A DNA stretch of 64,000 bases from Heterodontus francisci (lineage: Eukaryota), in the NCBI RefSeq assembly GCF_036365525.1, contig NW_027140807.1, positions 62,001 through 126,000 of the forward strand, written 5' to 3'. The position numbers and the translations under genes are program-made. The first letter of the stretch is position 1, and each line of letters begins with the position of its first letter. Of this stretch, positions 46,801 to 61,354 are shown piece by piece. Under the pieces are notes generated by a model. It had not been told where the DNA came from and ran no database searches. It saw only the letters and a program-made list of their open reading frames with translations.

Positions 46801-49800
46801 GATAGAAGGAGAGAGAGGGTGTGACGCGGAGGGGAAGACAGATGGAGGGATAGAGTGAGAGGCAGAGAGAGAAGGAGAGAGATGGAGTGACAGGGAGGGA
46901 AGGACAGATGGAGGGATAGAGAGAGAGACAGAGAGCGAGGCAGAGACAGAGTTAGAAAGAGAAAGAGGGGGTGACGGGGTGGGGGGGGAGACAGATGAAG
47001 AGACAGAGAGAGAGAGAAGGAGAGAGATGGAGAGACAGAGAGGGAAAGACAGATGGAGAGACAGAGAGTGAGAGGCAGAGATGGAAGGAGAGAGAGGGAG
47101 TGTCAGGGAGAGAAAGACAGATGGAGGGACAGAGTGTGAGGGAGAGAGATAGAAGAAGAGGGTGGGAGTGACAGAGAGGGTAATATAGATGGAGGGACAG
47201 AGAGAGAGACAGAGATAGAGATAAAAGGAGTGAGAGTGAGTGACAGGGGGTGGGGAAGACAGATGGAGAGACAGAGAGAGAGAGACGGAGAGAAGGAGAG
47301 AGATGGAGTGACTGGGAGGGAAGGACAGATGGAGCGACAGATAGAAAGACAGAGAGAGAAGGAGAGAGAGGGAGTGTCAAAGAGGGAAGGGCAGATGGAG
47401 AGACAGAGAGATAGAGACAGTGATAGAAGGAGAGAGAGGGAGGGACAGAGAGGGAAAGACAGATGGAGGGTAAGAGAGGGAGTGAGAGAGATAGAAGGAG
47501 AGAGATGTAGTGACAATGAGGGAAGGACAGATGGAGGGACAGAGGGAGAGAGACAGAGATAGAAGCAGAGAGATGGCGTGACGGAGGGGGGGAGAAGACA
47601 GATGGAGGGACAGAGAGAGAGAGACAGAGATAGAAGGAGAGATATGGAGAGACAGAGAGTGAGAGGCAGTGATGGAGGGTGAGAGATGGAGTTACAGGCA
47701 GGGAAAGACAGATGGAGAGACAGAGAGAAAGACAGAGAGAGAAGGACAGAGAGGGTGTGACAGGGAGGGAAGGGCAGATGGAGGGATTGAGAGAGAGAGA
47801 CAGAGATAGAAGCAGACAGTGGGAGTGACAGGGCGGGAAAGAGAAGTGGAGGGACAGAGAGAGAGACAGAGATAGAGATAGAAGGAGAGAGAGGGTGTGA
47901 CGGGGAGGGGAAGACAGATGGAGAGACAGAGAGAGAGAGACAGAGAGAGAAGGAGAGAGGGGGAGTGACAGGGAGGGAAGGACAGATGGTGGGATAGAGA
48001 GACGGAGAGACAGAGAGGGAAAGACAGATGGAGGGACAGAGAGAGAGAGACAGAGAGAGTGGCAGAGACAGAGATAGAAGGAAAGAGAGGGATTGCCAGG
48101 AAGGAAAGGACAGATGGAGGGACAGAGTGAGAGACAGAGAGAGAAGGAGAGAGATGGAGTGACTGGGAGGGAAGGACAGATGGAGGGACAGAGAGTGAGA
48201 GGCAGAGATGAAATGAGAGAGAGGGAGTGACAGGCAGGGAAAGATAGATGGAGCGACAGATAGAAAGACAGAGAGAGAAGGAGAGAGAGGGAGTCACAGA
48301 GAGGGAAAGACTGTTGGAGGGACAGAGAGTGAGAGGCAGAGATGGAAGGAGAGAGAGGGAGTGTCAGGGAGAGAAAGACAGATGTAGGGACAGAGTGAGA
48401 GAGACGGAGAGAAGGAGAGAGATGGAGTGACAGGGAGGGAAGGACAGATGGAGGGGCAGAGAGAGAGAGATACAGAGATAGAAGGAGAGAGAGGGAGGGA
48501 CTGAAAGGGAAAGACAGATGGAGGGACAGAGAGAGAGAGAGAGATAGATAGAAGGAGAGAGATGGAGTGACAGGGAGGGAAGGACAGATGGAGGGACAGA
48601 GAGAGAGAGAGACAGCGATAGAAGGAGAGAGATGGAGTAACAGGGAGGGAAGGACAGATGGAGGGATGGAGTGAGAGACAGAGATAGATGAGAGAGAGGG
48701 TGTGTCTGGGTGGGAAAGACAGATGGAGGGACAGAGTGAGAGACAGAGAGAGAAGGAGAGAGGTGGTGTGTCAGGAAGGGAAAGGCAGATGGAGCGACAG
48801 AGTGGGAGACAGAGCGAGAAGGAGAGAGATGGAGTGACAGGGAGGGAAGGACTGATGGAGGGATAGAGAGAGAGAGAGAGAGATAGAAGGAGAGAGAGGT
48901 AGTGTCAGGGAGGGAAAGGCAGGTGGAGAGACAGAGAGAGAGAAAGACACATGGAAGGAGAGAGAGGGAGTCACAGAGAGGGGAAGACTGTTGGAGGGAT
49001 AGAGAGAGACAGAGATAGAAGGAGAGAGAGGGAGTGTCAGGGAGGGAAAGACAGATGGAGGGACAGAGAGAGAGGCAGAGAGAGAAGGAGAGAGATGGAG
49101 TGACAGGGAGGGAAGGACAGATGGAGGGACAGAGAGAGAGGCAGAGAGAGAAGGAGAGAGATCGGGTGATGGTGGGGGCGGGAGCGGCGAGACTGATGGA
49201 GTGACAGAGAGAGAAGGAGAGAGTGGGAGAGACAGAGTGAAAGACAGATGGAGAGAAAGAGAGAGAGAGGCAGAGATGCAAGCAGTGAGGGAGTCACAGG
49301 TAGGGAAAGACAGATGGACAGACAGAGAGAGAGACAAAGATAGAAGGAGAGAGAGGGAGTGTCAGGGAGGGAAAGACAGATGCAGGGACAGAGAGAGAGA
49401 GACAGAGAAAAAAGGGAGAGAGAGGGAGTGTCAGGGAGGGAAAGACAGATGGCGGGACAGAGAGAGAGGGAGAGATAGAAGGAGAGAGAGGGAGAGACAG
49501 AGAGGGAAAGACAGATGGAGGGATAGAGAGAGACAGAGATAGAAGGAGAGAGAGGGAGTGTCAGGGAGGGAAAGACAGATGGAGGGACAGAGAGAGAGAC
49601 AGAGAGAGAAGAAGAGAGAGGGAGTGTCAGGGAGGGAAAGACAGATGCAGGGACAGAGAGAGAGAGACAGAGAAAAAAGGGAGAGAGAGGGAGTGTCAGG
49701 GAGGGAAAGACAGATGGCGGGACAGAGAGAGAGGGAGAGATAGAAGGAGAGAGAGGGAGAGACAGAGAGGGAAAGACAGATGGAGGGATAGAGAGAGACA

Positions 49801-52800
49801 GAGATAGAAGGAGAGAGAGAGGGAGTGTCAGGGAGGGAAAGACAGATGGAGGGACAGAGAGAGAGACAGAGAGAGAAGGAGAGAGATGGAGTGACAGGGA
49901 GGGAAGGACAGATGGAGGGATAGAGAGAGAGACAGAGAGCGAGGCAGAGACAGAGTTAGAAGGAGAAAGAGGGAGTGACGATGTGGGGGGGGGGGGGAGA
50001 CAGATGAAGAGACAGAGAGAGAGAGAAGGAGAGAGATGGAGAGACAGAGATGGAAAGACAGATGGAGAGACCGAGAGTGAGAGGCAGAGATGGAATGAGA
50101 GAGGGGGTGAGACAGAGAGGGAAATACAGATGGAGGGACAGAGAGAGAGCGATAGATAGAAGGAGAGAGGGGGTGAGACAGAGAGGGAAATACAGATGGA
50201 GGGACAGAGAGAGAGCGATAGATAGAAGGAGAGAGTGGGAGAGACAGAGAGGGAAAGACAGATGGAGGGACAGAGAGAGACAGAGATAGAAGGAGAGAGA
50301 CGGAGTGACAGGGAGGGAAGGACAGATGGAGGGACAGAGAGAGAGAGACAGAGAGAGAAGGAGTGAGGGAGATTGACAGGAATGGAAGGGCAGATGGAGG
50401 GATAGAAAGAGAGAGAGACAGAGATAGAAGGAGAGAGAGGGAGTGACAGAGAGGTAAAGATAGATGGAGGGACTGAGGGATACAGAGAGAGAGGAAGAGA
50501 CAGAGATAGAAGGAGAGAGAGGGACATAGAGGGAGGGATCAAGAAAGAAGGAAATATGGTTGAAACCATTGCTGTATTGGGAGCGAGGGAGGAAGGGAGA
50601 GATGAAAAGAAAGAGAGACGGGGAAACAGAAAGGGAGAAATGGTGTCATAGAGACACAGACAGAGTTATGGACAGAGGCAGTGAAAGAGAGGGAGAGAGG
50701 GAGAGACAGAGAGAGAGAAAGAGGGAGAGACAGAGATAGAAGGAGAGAGAGGGAGTGACGGGGAGGGAAAGACAGATGGAGGGGCAGAGAGAGAAGGAGA
50801 GAGATGGAGTGACAGGGAGCGAAAGACAGATGGAGGGACAGAGAGAAACAGAGAGGAAGAGGTAGAAATAGAAAGGGAGACAGAGATATGGAGAGGAAGA
50901 TAAAGAGACAGTGAGAGAGTGAGATAGAGAGAGAGAAAGGCAGAGATGGTGTGAGAGAGACACAAATAGAGTCATGGACAGAAGCACAGAGAGAGAGAGA
51001 GTAACAGAGAGAGAGAGAGAGAGTCAGAGAGAGAGAGAGACAGACAGAAAGAGAGAGATAGAGACACAGAAAGAAACAGACAGAAAGGGAGCGTCAGTGA
51101 GAGAGATGAGATAGAATGAGAGAGAGGGAGTGACAGGCAGGGAAAGACAAATGGAGCGACATAAAGAAAGACAGAGAGGGAAGGAGAGAGAGGGAGTATC
51201 AGGGAGAGAAAGACAGATGGAGGGAAAGAGAGAGAGACAGAGATATAGATAGAAGGAGAGAGAGTGAGTGACGGGGATGGGAAGACAGATGGTGAGACAG
51301 AGAGAGAGACAGAGAGAGAAGGAGAGAGAGGGAGAGATGGAGAGGGAAAGATAGATGGAGGGACAGAGAGAGAGAGACACAGAGATAGAAGGAGAGAGAT
51401 GGAGTGACAGGGAGAGAAGGACAGATGGAGGGATAGAGTGCGAGATAGAGAGACAAGGAGAGAGATGGAGTGACAGGGTGGGAAAGGCAGATGGAGGGAT
51501 AGAGTGAGAGACAGAGATAGAAGGAGAGAAATGGAGTGTCAGGGAGGGAAGGACAGATGGCGGGACAGAGAGAGAGGGAGAGATAGAAGGAGAGAGGGGG
51601 TGAGACAGAGAGGGAAAGACAGATGGAGGGACAGAGAGAGAGCGATAGATAGAAGGAGAGAGTGGGAGAGACAGAGAGTGAAAGACAGATGGAGGGACAG
51701 AGAGAGGCAGAGATAGAAAGAGAGAGAGGGAGTGTCAGGGAGGGAAAGACAGATGGAGGGACAGAGAGAGACAGAGATAGAAGGAGAGAGAGGGAGTGTC
51801 AGGGAGGGAAAGACAGATGGAGGGACAGAGAGAGAGACAGAGATAGAAGGAGAGAGACGGAGTGACAGGGAGGGAAGGACAGATGGAGGGACAGAGAGAG
51901 AGAGTCAGAGAGAGAAGGAGTGAGGGGGATTGACAGGAATGGAAGGGCAGATGGAGGGATAGAAAGAGAGTGAGGCAGAGATAGAAGGAGAGATGGGAGT
52001 GACAGAGAGGTAAAGACAGATGGAGGGACTGAGGGATACAGAGAGAGAGGCAGAGGCAGAGATAGAAGGAGAGAGAGGGACAGAGAGGGAGGGGTAAAGA
52101 AAGAAGGAAATATGGTTGAAACCATTGCTCTATTGGGAGCGAGGGAGGAAGGGAGAGATGAAAAGAAAGAGAGACGGGGAAACAGAAAGGGAGAAATGGT
52201 GTCATAGAGACACAGACAGAGTTATGGACAGAGGCAGTGAAAGAGAGGGAGAGAGGGAGAGACAGAGAGAGAGGGAGAGACAGAAACAGAAGGAAAGGGA
52301 GTGACAGGGAGGGAAAGACAGATGGAGGGACAGAGAGAGAAGGAGAGAGATGGAGTGACAGGGAGGGAAAGACAGATGGAGGGACAGAGAGAGAGAGACT
52401 GAGAGGAAGCGGTAGAAATAGAGAGGGAGACAGAGATACTGAGAGGAAGATACAGAGACAGTGAGAGAGAGAGATACAGAGAGAGAATGGCAGAGATGGT
52501 GCGAGAGAGACACAAATAGAGTCATGGACAGAAGCAAAGAGCGAAAGAGTAACAGAGAATGAAAGAGAGAGAGAGAGAGAGAGAGTCAGAGAGAGAGAGA
52601 AAGTCAGAAAGAGAGAGATAGAGACACAGAAAGAAACAGAGAGAAAGGGAGCGTCAGTGAGAGAGAGAGACAGAGACAGTGATAGCGAAAGACAACGACA
52701 GAGAGAGATGGGGAGAAAGAGTTGTAGGGGAAGAGAGAGAGATAGAGGGGGAAGAGAGATATAGAGGGGGCAGAGAGAGATAGAGGGGGAAGAGAGTGAT

Positions 52801-53600
52801 GGGGGAGAGAGAGAGGGGGGAGAGAGAGAGGGGGAGAGAGAGAGGGGAGAGAGAGAGGGGGAGGGGATGAAAGAGAGGGGAGAGGGAGAGAGAGGGGGTG
52901 AGAGGGAGTGAGAGGGGGTGAGAGAGGGGTGAGAAGGGGTGAGAGGGGGAGAGGGCGAGAGAGGGGGAGAGGGCGAGAGAGGGGGAGAGGGCGGGAGAGG
53001 GGGCGAGGGAGAGAAAGGGGAGAGAGAGAGAAAGGGGAGAGAGAGAGAAAGGGGAGAGAGAGGGGGGAGTGGGAGAGAGAGGGGGAGGGAGAGAGGGGGA
53101 GGGAGAAAGAGGGGAGAGGGAGAGAGAGTGGGGAGAAAGAGCTAGAGGGGGAGAGGGAGATAGTGGGGTAGATAGAGGGGGGAGAGGGAGAGAAAGGGGG
53201 AGAGGGAGAAATGGGGAGGGAGAGAGAAAGGGGAGAGAGAGGGGGAGTTGGAGAGAGAGGGGGAGGGAGAGAGAGGGGGAGGGAGAAAGAGGGGGAGAGG
53301 GTGAGAGAGTGGGGAGAAAGAGTTAGAGGGGGAGAGGGAGATAGAGGGGTAGATAGAGGGGGAGAGGCAGAGAGAGCGGGAGAGGGAGATAGAGGGGGAG
53401 AGTGAGATGGATGGGCCGAGGGAGATCGAGGGGGGAGAGGGAGATCGAGGGGGGAGAGGGAGATTGAGGGGAGAGAGGGAGATCAAGGGGGAGAGGGAGA
53501 TCAAGAGGGAGAGGGAGATAGAGGGGAGAGGGAGATAGAGGGGGGCGAGGGAGATAGAGGGGGAGAGGGAGATAGAGGGGGAGAGAGAGATGGGGAAGGG
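43890..53600. repeat. ~9.7 kb purine-rich (GA) compound satellite
   Basis: Recurrent gacagatggagggacagagagagagacagagatagaaggagagagagggagtgtcagggagggaaa; internal duplication ~50330-51110 vs ~51880-52680. Confidence 0.92.
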
Positions 53601-55268
53601 GTGGTGAACCTGTGGAATTCTCTGCCGCAGAAGGCAGTGGAGGCCAAGTCATGAAAGATATTCAAGGAGGGAAGAGATATATTTCTTAGTGTCAAAGGGA
53701 TCAAGGGCTATGGGGAGAAAGTAGGAACAGGGTACTGAATTAGCCCATTGGTCATGATCTTTATTGAATGGCAGAGCAGACCCGAGGGGCCGAATGGCCT
53801 GCTCCTGCTCCTATTTTCTATGTTTCTATGAGAAGGGCAGACTGAGAGAGGGAGAGATCGAGAGAGAAGGAGAAACGGAGAGAGAAGGAGAGATAGAGAT
53901 GCAGAGAGGTGACCCTGAGATTCTCTCTCTCACACACACAAACATGTAGACACACACAGACACACACAGAGACTGACAGACACACACACACACACAAATT
54001 TTACAATCCACACTGATGACACTAACAATGGCCAACAGAACCTCTGTAACAATCCCCTGTGTCTGCCCAGTCCTGTGAGAGACACAGAGAGAGATAGGGA
54101 GTGACGGTAAGTGACAGTGGAAGAAGGAGGACAAAACAGCTTGTAGGAGAAACCTTACATTTATTTGTGTTCAACAGATTTTATTAAAAGTTGAAGGGAC
54201 TGGACACTGAAAAAGGTTTCAGCGCACAAAAAAACCCTGAGGGTCCCATTTGCACTTGTTCCATCCAGCCCTGTCTGTGAGGTTTGCTGATGTTTTGGGC
54301 AATGCTTCGTGAACTTAGAGAAAAAAGATGCACGATGCCCATTTTAATTCATTTTACTGTAGTTCTGAAGTTAGCTTTCTCTCTGTCTCCACATTCTTTC
54401 CCTGTGTCTCTATCTCCCGCCATGCTTTCTCTTCTCTGACTCTGTTTCACACTCGCCTTCTCCATTTAAAGCTTTAACAAATAAAAAAACATGCCACACA
54501 CAGCAATGCGATTTGTCGTGATTTGAAATAGTGAGACGGAATCAGCAGCTTGTTCCCAGTTTCAGGAGGGATTCGCTCTTTCTGGGGACTGAAATCTGGC
54601 TATTATCACATTGCTGCTTGTGGGATCGTGCTGTGCATCTAGTGGCCTGCAGCATTTCTTCCATGACAACAGTTTCAAATTCAGCTTCCTGAGGGTCTGA
54701 GTGTGGATTTATCTGTGTTTTTAGAAGAATTTTACAATAATTGCAAGAGCTGAACGTGAAGCTGTATAAAGACTTGTCATTAGTTTAACGATGGAGTTTA
54801 GCATTTTCTGAGGACTGTGATGGGATATTTGGCTATGATCACATTGTGGGATCCTGCTGTGCATACATTCCCTGAATCAATTCCTGCATCCAACACTGAG
54901 GCAGAAACAGATGGAGAGAAAAAGAGAGAGAGTGAGAAACAGCTGGAGGTGGCAGGTTAAACAGAGAGAGAGAGAGAGACAGGCAGAGTGTGGGTGAGGG
55001 AGGGAAGGCAGAGAAAGATGGAGAAAGACAGAGAGAGGGCGAGAGAGAGAGAGAGAGAAATCCACACTCAAAAGCTTGGTACACTGAATATTGAAGTGTC
55101 AACATTGCTGGGATCTTGCTGTGCACTAAAAACAGATTATCTGCATATTTGCATGATCTGAAGGCCTGGAATTAAAGTCCTGAGCTTGAAGCCGGTACAA
55201 TTCCGGAGTAATGATGGTGTTTTGGGCAGTGCCCTGAATTTGAGGGTGAAATGAAATTGTGGGATCTT

Positions 55269-57282
55269 GGTGAAATTGTGAGACTAGCTAAGAGGAAAAA
55301 GGAAGCACACATAAGGTCTAGGCGGCTGAAGAAAGACGAAGCTTTGAAAGAATATCGGGATTGTAGGCGCAATCTGAAACGAGGAATTAAGAGGGCTGAA
55401 AGGGGTCATGAAATAGCTTTAGCAAACAGGGTTAAGGAAAATCCCAAAGCCTTTTATTCATATATAAGGAGCAAGAGGGTAACTAGAGAAAGGATTGGCC
55501 CACTCAAGGACAAAGGAGGAAAGTTATGCGTGGAGTCAGAGAAAATGGGTGAGATTCTAAACGAGTACTTTGCATCGGTATTCACCGAGGAGAGGGACAT
55601 GAGGGATGTTGAGGTTAGGGACAAATGTTTGATTACTCTAGGTCAAGTCGGCATAAGGAGGTAGGAAGTGTTGGGTATTCTGAAAGGCATTAAGGTGGAC
55701 AAGTCCCCAGGTCCGGATGGGATCTATCCCAGGTTACTGTGGGAAGCCAGAGAGGAAATAGTTGGGGCCTTAACAGATATCTTTGCAGCATCCTTAAACA
55801 CGGGTGAGGTCCCGGAGGACTGGAGAATTGCTAATGTTGTCCCCTTGCTTCAGAAGGGTAGCAGGGATAATCCAGGTAATTATAGACCGGTGAAGCTGAC
55901 GTCAGTGGTAGGGAAGCTGCTGGAGAAGATACTGAGGGATAGGATCTATTCCCATCTGGAAGAAAATGGGCTTATCAGTGATAGGCAACATGGTTTTGTG
56001 CAGGGAAGGTCATGTCTTACCAACTTAATAGAATTCTTTGAGGAAGTGGCAAAGTTGATTGATGAGGGAAGGGCTGTAGATGTCATATACATGGACTTCA
56101 GTAAGGCGTTTGATAAAGTTCCCCATGGTAGGCTGATGGAGAAAGTGAAGGCGCATGGGGTCCAAGGTGTGCTAGCTAGATGGATAAAGAACTGGCTGGG
56201 CAACAGGAGACAGAGAGTCGCAGTGGAAGGGAGTTTCTCAAAATGGAGACGTGTGACCAGTGGTGTTCCACAGGGATCCGTGCTGGGACCACTGTTGTTT
56301 GTGATATACATAAATGATTTGGAGGAAAGTATAGGTGGTCTGATTAGCAAGTTTGCAGACGACACTAAGATTGGTGGAGTAGCAGATACTGAAGGGGACT
56401 GTCAGAGAATACAGCAGAATATAGATAGACTGGAGAGTTGGGCAGAGAAATGGCAGATGGAGTTCAATCAGGGCAAATGCGAGGTGATGCATTTTGGAAG
56501 ATCCAATTCAAGAGTGAACTATACAGTAAATGGAAATGTCCTGGGGAAAATTGATGTACAGAGAGATTTGGGTGTTCAGGTCCATTGTTCCCTGAAGGTG
56601 GCAACGCAGGTCAATAGAGTGGTCAAGAAGGCATACGGCATGCTTTCCTTCATCGGACGGGGTATTGAGTACAAGAGTTGGCAGGTCATGTTACAGTTGT
56701 ATAGGACTTTGGTTCGGCCACATTTGGAATACTGCGTGCAGTTCTGGTCGCCACATTACCAAAAGGATGTGGATGCTTTGGAGAGGGTGCAGAGGAGGTT
56801 CACCAGGATGTTGCCTGGTATGGAGGGCGCTAGCTATGAAGAGAGGTTGAGTAGATTAGGATTATTTTCATTAGAAAGACGGAGGTTGAGGGGGGACCTG
56901 ATTGAGGTGTACAAAATCATGAGAGGTATAGACAGAGTGGATAGCAAGAAGCTTTTTCCCAGAGTGGGGGATTCAATTACAAGGGGACATGAGTTCAAAG
57001 TGAAAGGGGAAAAGTTTAGGGGGGATATGCGTGGAAAGTTAATTATGCAGAGGGTGGTGGGTGCATGGAACGCATTACCAGCGGAGGTGGTAGACGCAGG
57101 CACGATAGCGTCTTTTAAGATGTATCTAGACAGATACATGAATGGGCAGGAAGTAAAGAGATACAGACCCTTAGAAAATAGGCGACAGGTTTAGATAGAG
57201 GATTTGTATCGGCGTAGGCTTGGAGGGCCGAAGGGCCTGTTCCTGTGCTGTAATTTTCTTTGTTCTTTGTTCTTTGTTCTTG
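55269..57282 (+). mobile_element. 5'-truncated young CR1, same subfamily as the 37957 element
   Basis: Near-identical to 40593-41472. RT ORF runs to 57194 with one TAG at 55662-55664. (TTCTTTG)n tail. Inserted into a gggatcttg|ctgtg SINE-like relic. Confidence 0.93.
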
Positions 57283-60200
57283 CTGTGACCAAATGGCATG
57301 CAGTGTTTCCAACATTGCAACAGTGACGACCACTTTAACAATCAATTCACTGAGTGTCAAATGTTCCCGATTCATTTCAGTTCATTTTACTGAAGTTCTG
57401 AGTTTCGATTTGTCTCTCTGTCTCACTCCAGCTTTCTTTCCCTCTGTCTCTCTAATTAAACCTTTAATAGTTAAAAACACACACAGCAGGGTGATTTGTT
57501 GTTGGTTTAAATGGTGAGACAGAAGTATTTCATAACTATTTTCAGTCAACACTACATATGAGATAGAGGGACAAAAACAGATATGGACAGAGAAAGAGAA
57601 GGAGAGACAGGGGACGAATGGGATAGGAACAGAAAGAGATACAGAGACAGTGGAGATAGAGATAATGAGACAGACACACACACACACACACACACACACA
57701 GAGGTGGAGGTTGCTGTCACAATCCTTTTATCCTTTGGTTTATTAACTGTGATTTGTTTGTATTTGGGTGTTGCTGAGAGAGTGTCTGTGTAACCGAGGG
57801 CAATTCCTGGGCTCTTGCTGTGCTATTTTGTTTAACAATGCATTTTAATCAATTTTCTCTCTCTCCGTCTTGCCATAGGAATTTTCATTCTGAAAACTGC
57901 ATGGTGAAGATGAAAAGAGGGAAAGTTTGGGACGAGGAATCCTTGGACAGGAGCTTCCTCCTGAGGGGACGGACTGAGGCCTTGTCCACAGGCTGCACCC
58001 AAAGGGCCCACGTGAGTTGTGTCTGTTTATTAGGCCGTTGTTTAATTTCATGTCTGGGGTCCTGGGCTAACCAGTTCCTGTCGGATTGGGGCCCTGCTGT
58101 TTTAAATAGGTTGAAAGCCTGGGGTTAAAGGAGCAGCCTTGGTGCAAAACCTTGGTTGAAGTGGCACCATTGCTGGGATCTTGCTGTGCACAGCTTGCCG
58201 GCTGTTATCACACTGCTGCTTGTGGGATCTTGCTGTGTACCAATGGCCTGCAGCATTTCCAACATTGCAACAGTGACGAGCACTTTAAAAATTAATTCAT
58301 TGAGTGTCAAATACTTCTGTGAATCAGCAATGAAATGGCTGAAATGTGAAGGTTTGGAAAGGCTTGTTCTCATTCCCGAATAATGCTGGTGTCTTAGGCT
58401 GTGGGCTGAATTTGACAGTGAAATGAATCACCTGGCAGAGTTTCAGGGATGGGAATGTGGATTTCTCTCTCTATCCTTCTATGGGAGAGAGGATGGGGGT
58501 CACCAGTGTTTGTGTGTTATTACAATGAGGCAGAAACAGATGTAGAGAGACACACAGAGAAATAGAGAGAGAGAGAGATTGAGGGAGGGAGAGAGAGACA
58601 GCAGGAAATGACAGGGTAAACACATCCACACTTCCCAGTCTCTGGCTCTGTGTCGGGGATGTGTTAGTAAGATGGGGAGTCACTGGGAGATTGTTTTCTG
58701 TCAGTGAGTGAGAGAAAGAGCCCTGGGCTCTCGCTGTGTTTTATTTCTGTTCAAAAATGCTTTGCTTTATTTGAATCTAATTTATTTCTTATTCCCAAGG
58801 AGAATCTTTTCGGAAGCTGCAGCTGTGATGATGCAAAGGTAGAATCTTTAGGCCACGTGGAATTCTCAGACAAGAGCTTTAACCAGGGAGGGAAAAAAAT
58901 AATAAATATATATTTGTCATTGTCAAGTTCATTTCTAAATACAAAAAAGAAGACTGTGTGTGATTTCGGGGCTGATAGAAAAACAAAGTGCTGGAAATGC
59001 TCAGTATTTCCAGCACGGTTTTTATTTCAAATTGCCAGCATCTGCAGTATTTTGATTTTGTGTTTTCGGGGGTCTGTGGCTTTTCTCCCAATAGGGAGGG
59101 GGCTGGAGGGCGCTCCCGAAGGGAATAGTTTGGGAAGCGCTGCTCCAGAACAGTCAATGTAATCCCGTAGATTTCCCTCTCTCCATCTCTTGCTGCAACT
59201 TGTTCCCTGCACCTTCCTCCTTGTTCCTAGTTCTTTTTCTTCACATCTTTAAATCTCTATCTCTATCTCTCAACATCCTTTCTTTCTCTGCCCCTCGCTA
59301 GAGTCTCACAGGTTTCCATTGTCACTCTCTTTCTGCGATTCTCTGCATCTTTATCTGTCTCTCTCTCTCTTCTCCCACTCACTTCCAAATCCCTGAATCT
59401 TTCCATCTCTGCTCCTCCTTTCCTGCAAGATTATCTCTGCATTTCCCCCATCCCGGGACACCCCTCTCTTATCTGGAAACGCGTCTTACTTTGTATCTCT
59501 GCCCCTCCACTTCTTTCTGTCTCTGCATCTCTCTTTGTCTGCGATCTTTCTCAATATCTACATCTCTGTGTATGTCTCCATTTCTCTCTCTCTCTGCCCT
59601 TCTCGGTATTTCTGTCCCTCTGTTCTCAGTTTCTCTCACTGGTTTCGGACTCCAGCTCCATTTCCATTTATTTCTCTCTCTTTCTGTTCTGTCCTAATCC
59701 TGGGATCTGTTTTCTGTGTCACTCTCCCTCTGTCTGGGGGTGGATTTGAACTCGCTGCCTTGGTGTTGTACAGGGTGATTGTGAAGTGGGATCCTGCTTT
59801 CCATCTCTGCCCAGTTTTGCTCCCATTGATGTAAAAACAGGGGGGAGGAGCTGAACGGACAGCCGATTCACAACCACCCTCCTCCCCTCCATCCTGGTTT
59901 GCACCATTAGCACCAAGTCCGAGTCCAGCCCAGTGTTTCTTTGACTCTCTGTGTATCTGCTCCCTGACTGTCTCTGCCTGTCTCCTTGTGGCTCAATGGG
60001 GGAAGGGACAGATCAGCCATGATCTAACATGGGTGGGTCAGGCTCAAAAGGCTGAATGGCCTCCTCCCGTCCCTGTGCCAGTCAGTGTGTGAGTGTTTGT
60101 GTGTGTCTCCCTCTGTTTGATTCCCTGAAGCCGATGGGGAGAACAGGTGAAACACCTTTCTGCAGAGAGGGATGTGTCTGGAGCTGGGATCTTCCTGTGC

Positions 60201-60569
60201 ATTAAAGGCTCAGAATGCCAGTTAGCCTCTGAAGGTCCTTGCTCTATGCCCGGCCCAGTGTTTGGCCTGACATGAGTTAAAGGTGCCGGTGCTCTGGGAG
60301 CCTGTTGATGGAATTCCACTGGCTTATCCAGATCAGGAATTAAAGTGAACGAAGGGTTGTCGGGAGACGGAGCCAAACCGAGGTAAGTGATGGAGGTGGG
60401 AATAACACGGGGGGGGGGGGGGTGCGGGGAGGGGGCTGTTCACGGGGGAGATGATACAGTGTGGGATTAAATAAAGGGGTTGCTTTTACACGACAGGGAG
60501 GGTATTCAGAAAGGGGAAGTGTTTACAGTGGAGGGTAGGGGGCAGAATTAGATTACGGTCAGTTAATGG

Positions 60570-61230
60570 AGGGTATTTGGATGGGAGTCTGCTCCTGGGG
60601 GTATTTAGATGGGGGTCTGTTCACAGAAGGGGGCAGTATTTAGATGGGGGTCTGTTGCGGACGGGTATAGAGATGGGAGTTTGTTCCCGGGAGGTATTTA
60701 GATGGGTGTTTGTTCCGGGGGCTATTCAGATGGGAAATTTTTCCCGGGGTGTATTCAGATAGGGGTTTGTTCCTGGTGGGGGTATTTAGATGGGAGTTTG
60801 TTCCTGGGGGGGTATTTAGATGGGGGTCTGGTCCTGAGGGGGGGTTTATTCAGATGGAAGCAAGTTACTGGGGGGTATTTAGATGGGAGTATGTTCACGG
60901 GTGGGAGGTATTTAAATGGGAGCTTGTTCTCGGGGTGTATTTAGATGGGAGTCTGTTCCTGGGGGGTACTTAGATGGGAGTCTGTTCCCGGGGGGTATTT
61001 CGATGGGAGTCTGTCTGGGGATGGGGGGTGGTATTTTGATGGGGGTCTGTTCGCGGGGGGATATTTAGATGGGAGTCTGTTGCCGGGGGTATTTCGATGG
61101 GTTGTCTTGTAACAGAGGGAAAGGGAAAATTAGATGGGTTCTGTTGATAATCAGGGTATTAGATGGGGGTCAGTTAGCAGGAGATATCAGATCGGGGTCT
61201 GCAGACGAGGATTATTTAGATTGGGGGGGG
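60570..61230. repeat. G-rich ~27-bp minisatellite
   Basis: gggggtatttagatgggagtctgttc units. Confidence 0.85.
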
Positions 61231-61354
61231 TCTGTGCAAGGGGGAGATGTTTTCTGGGGGGGAAGTATTGCAGGGAAATAGATTTGCTTGGTGCACAAAA
61301 ATTGCAGGGGGTGGATAAATTGAGGGGTGGATAAATTGATGGGGTGGATAGGGT

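Noticed and set aside
43737-53704. Long Ser/Leu/Pro-rich or Glu/Arg-rich ORFs
   Set aside because: Translations of the GA/TC satellite.
58988-59016. Hairpin gtgctggaaat-N7-atttccagcac
   Set aside because: Best explained as a collapsed inverted Penelope-like terminus.
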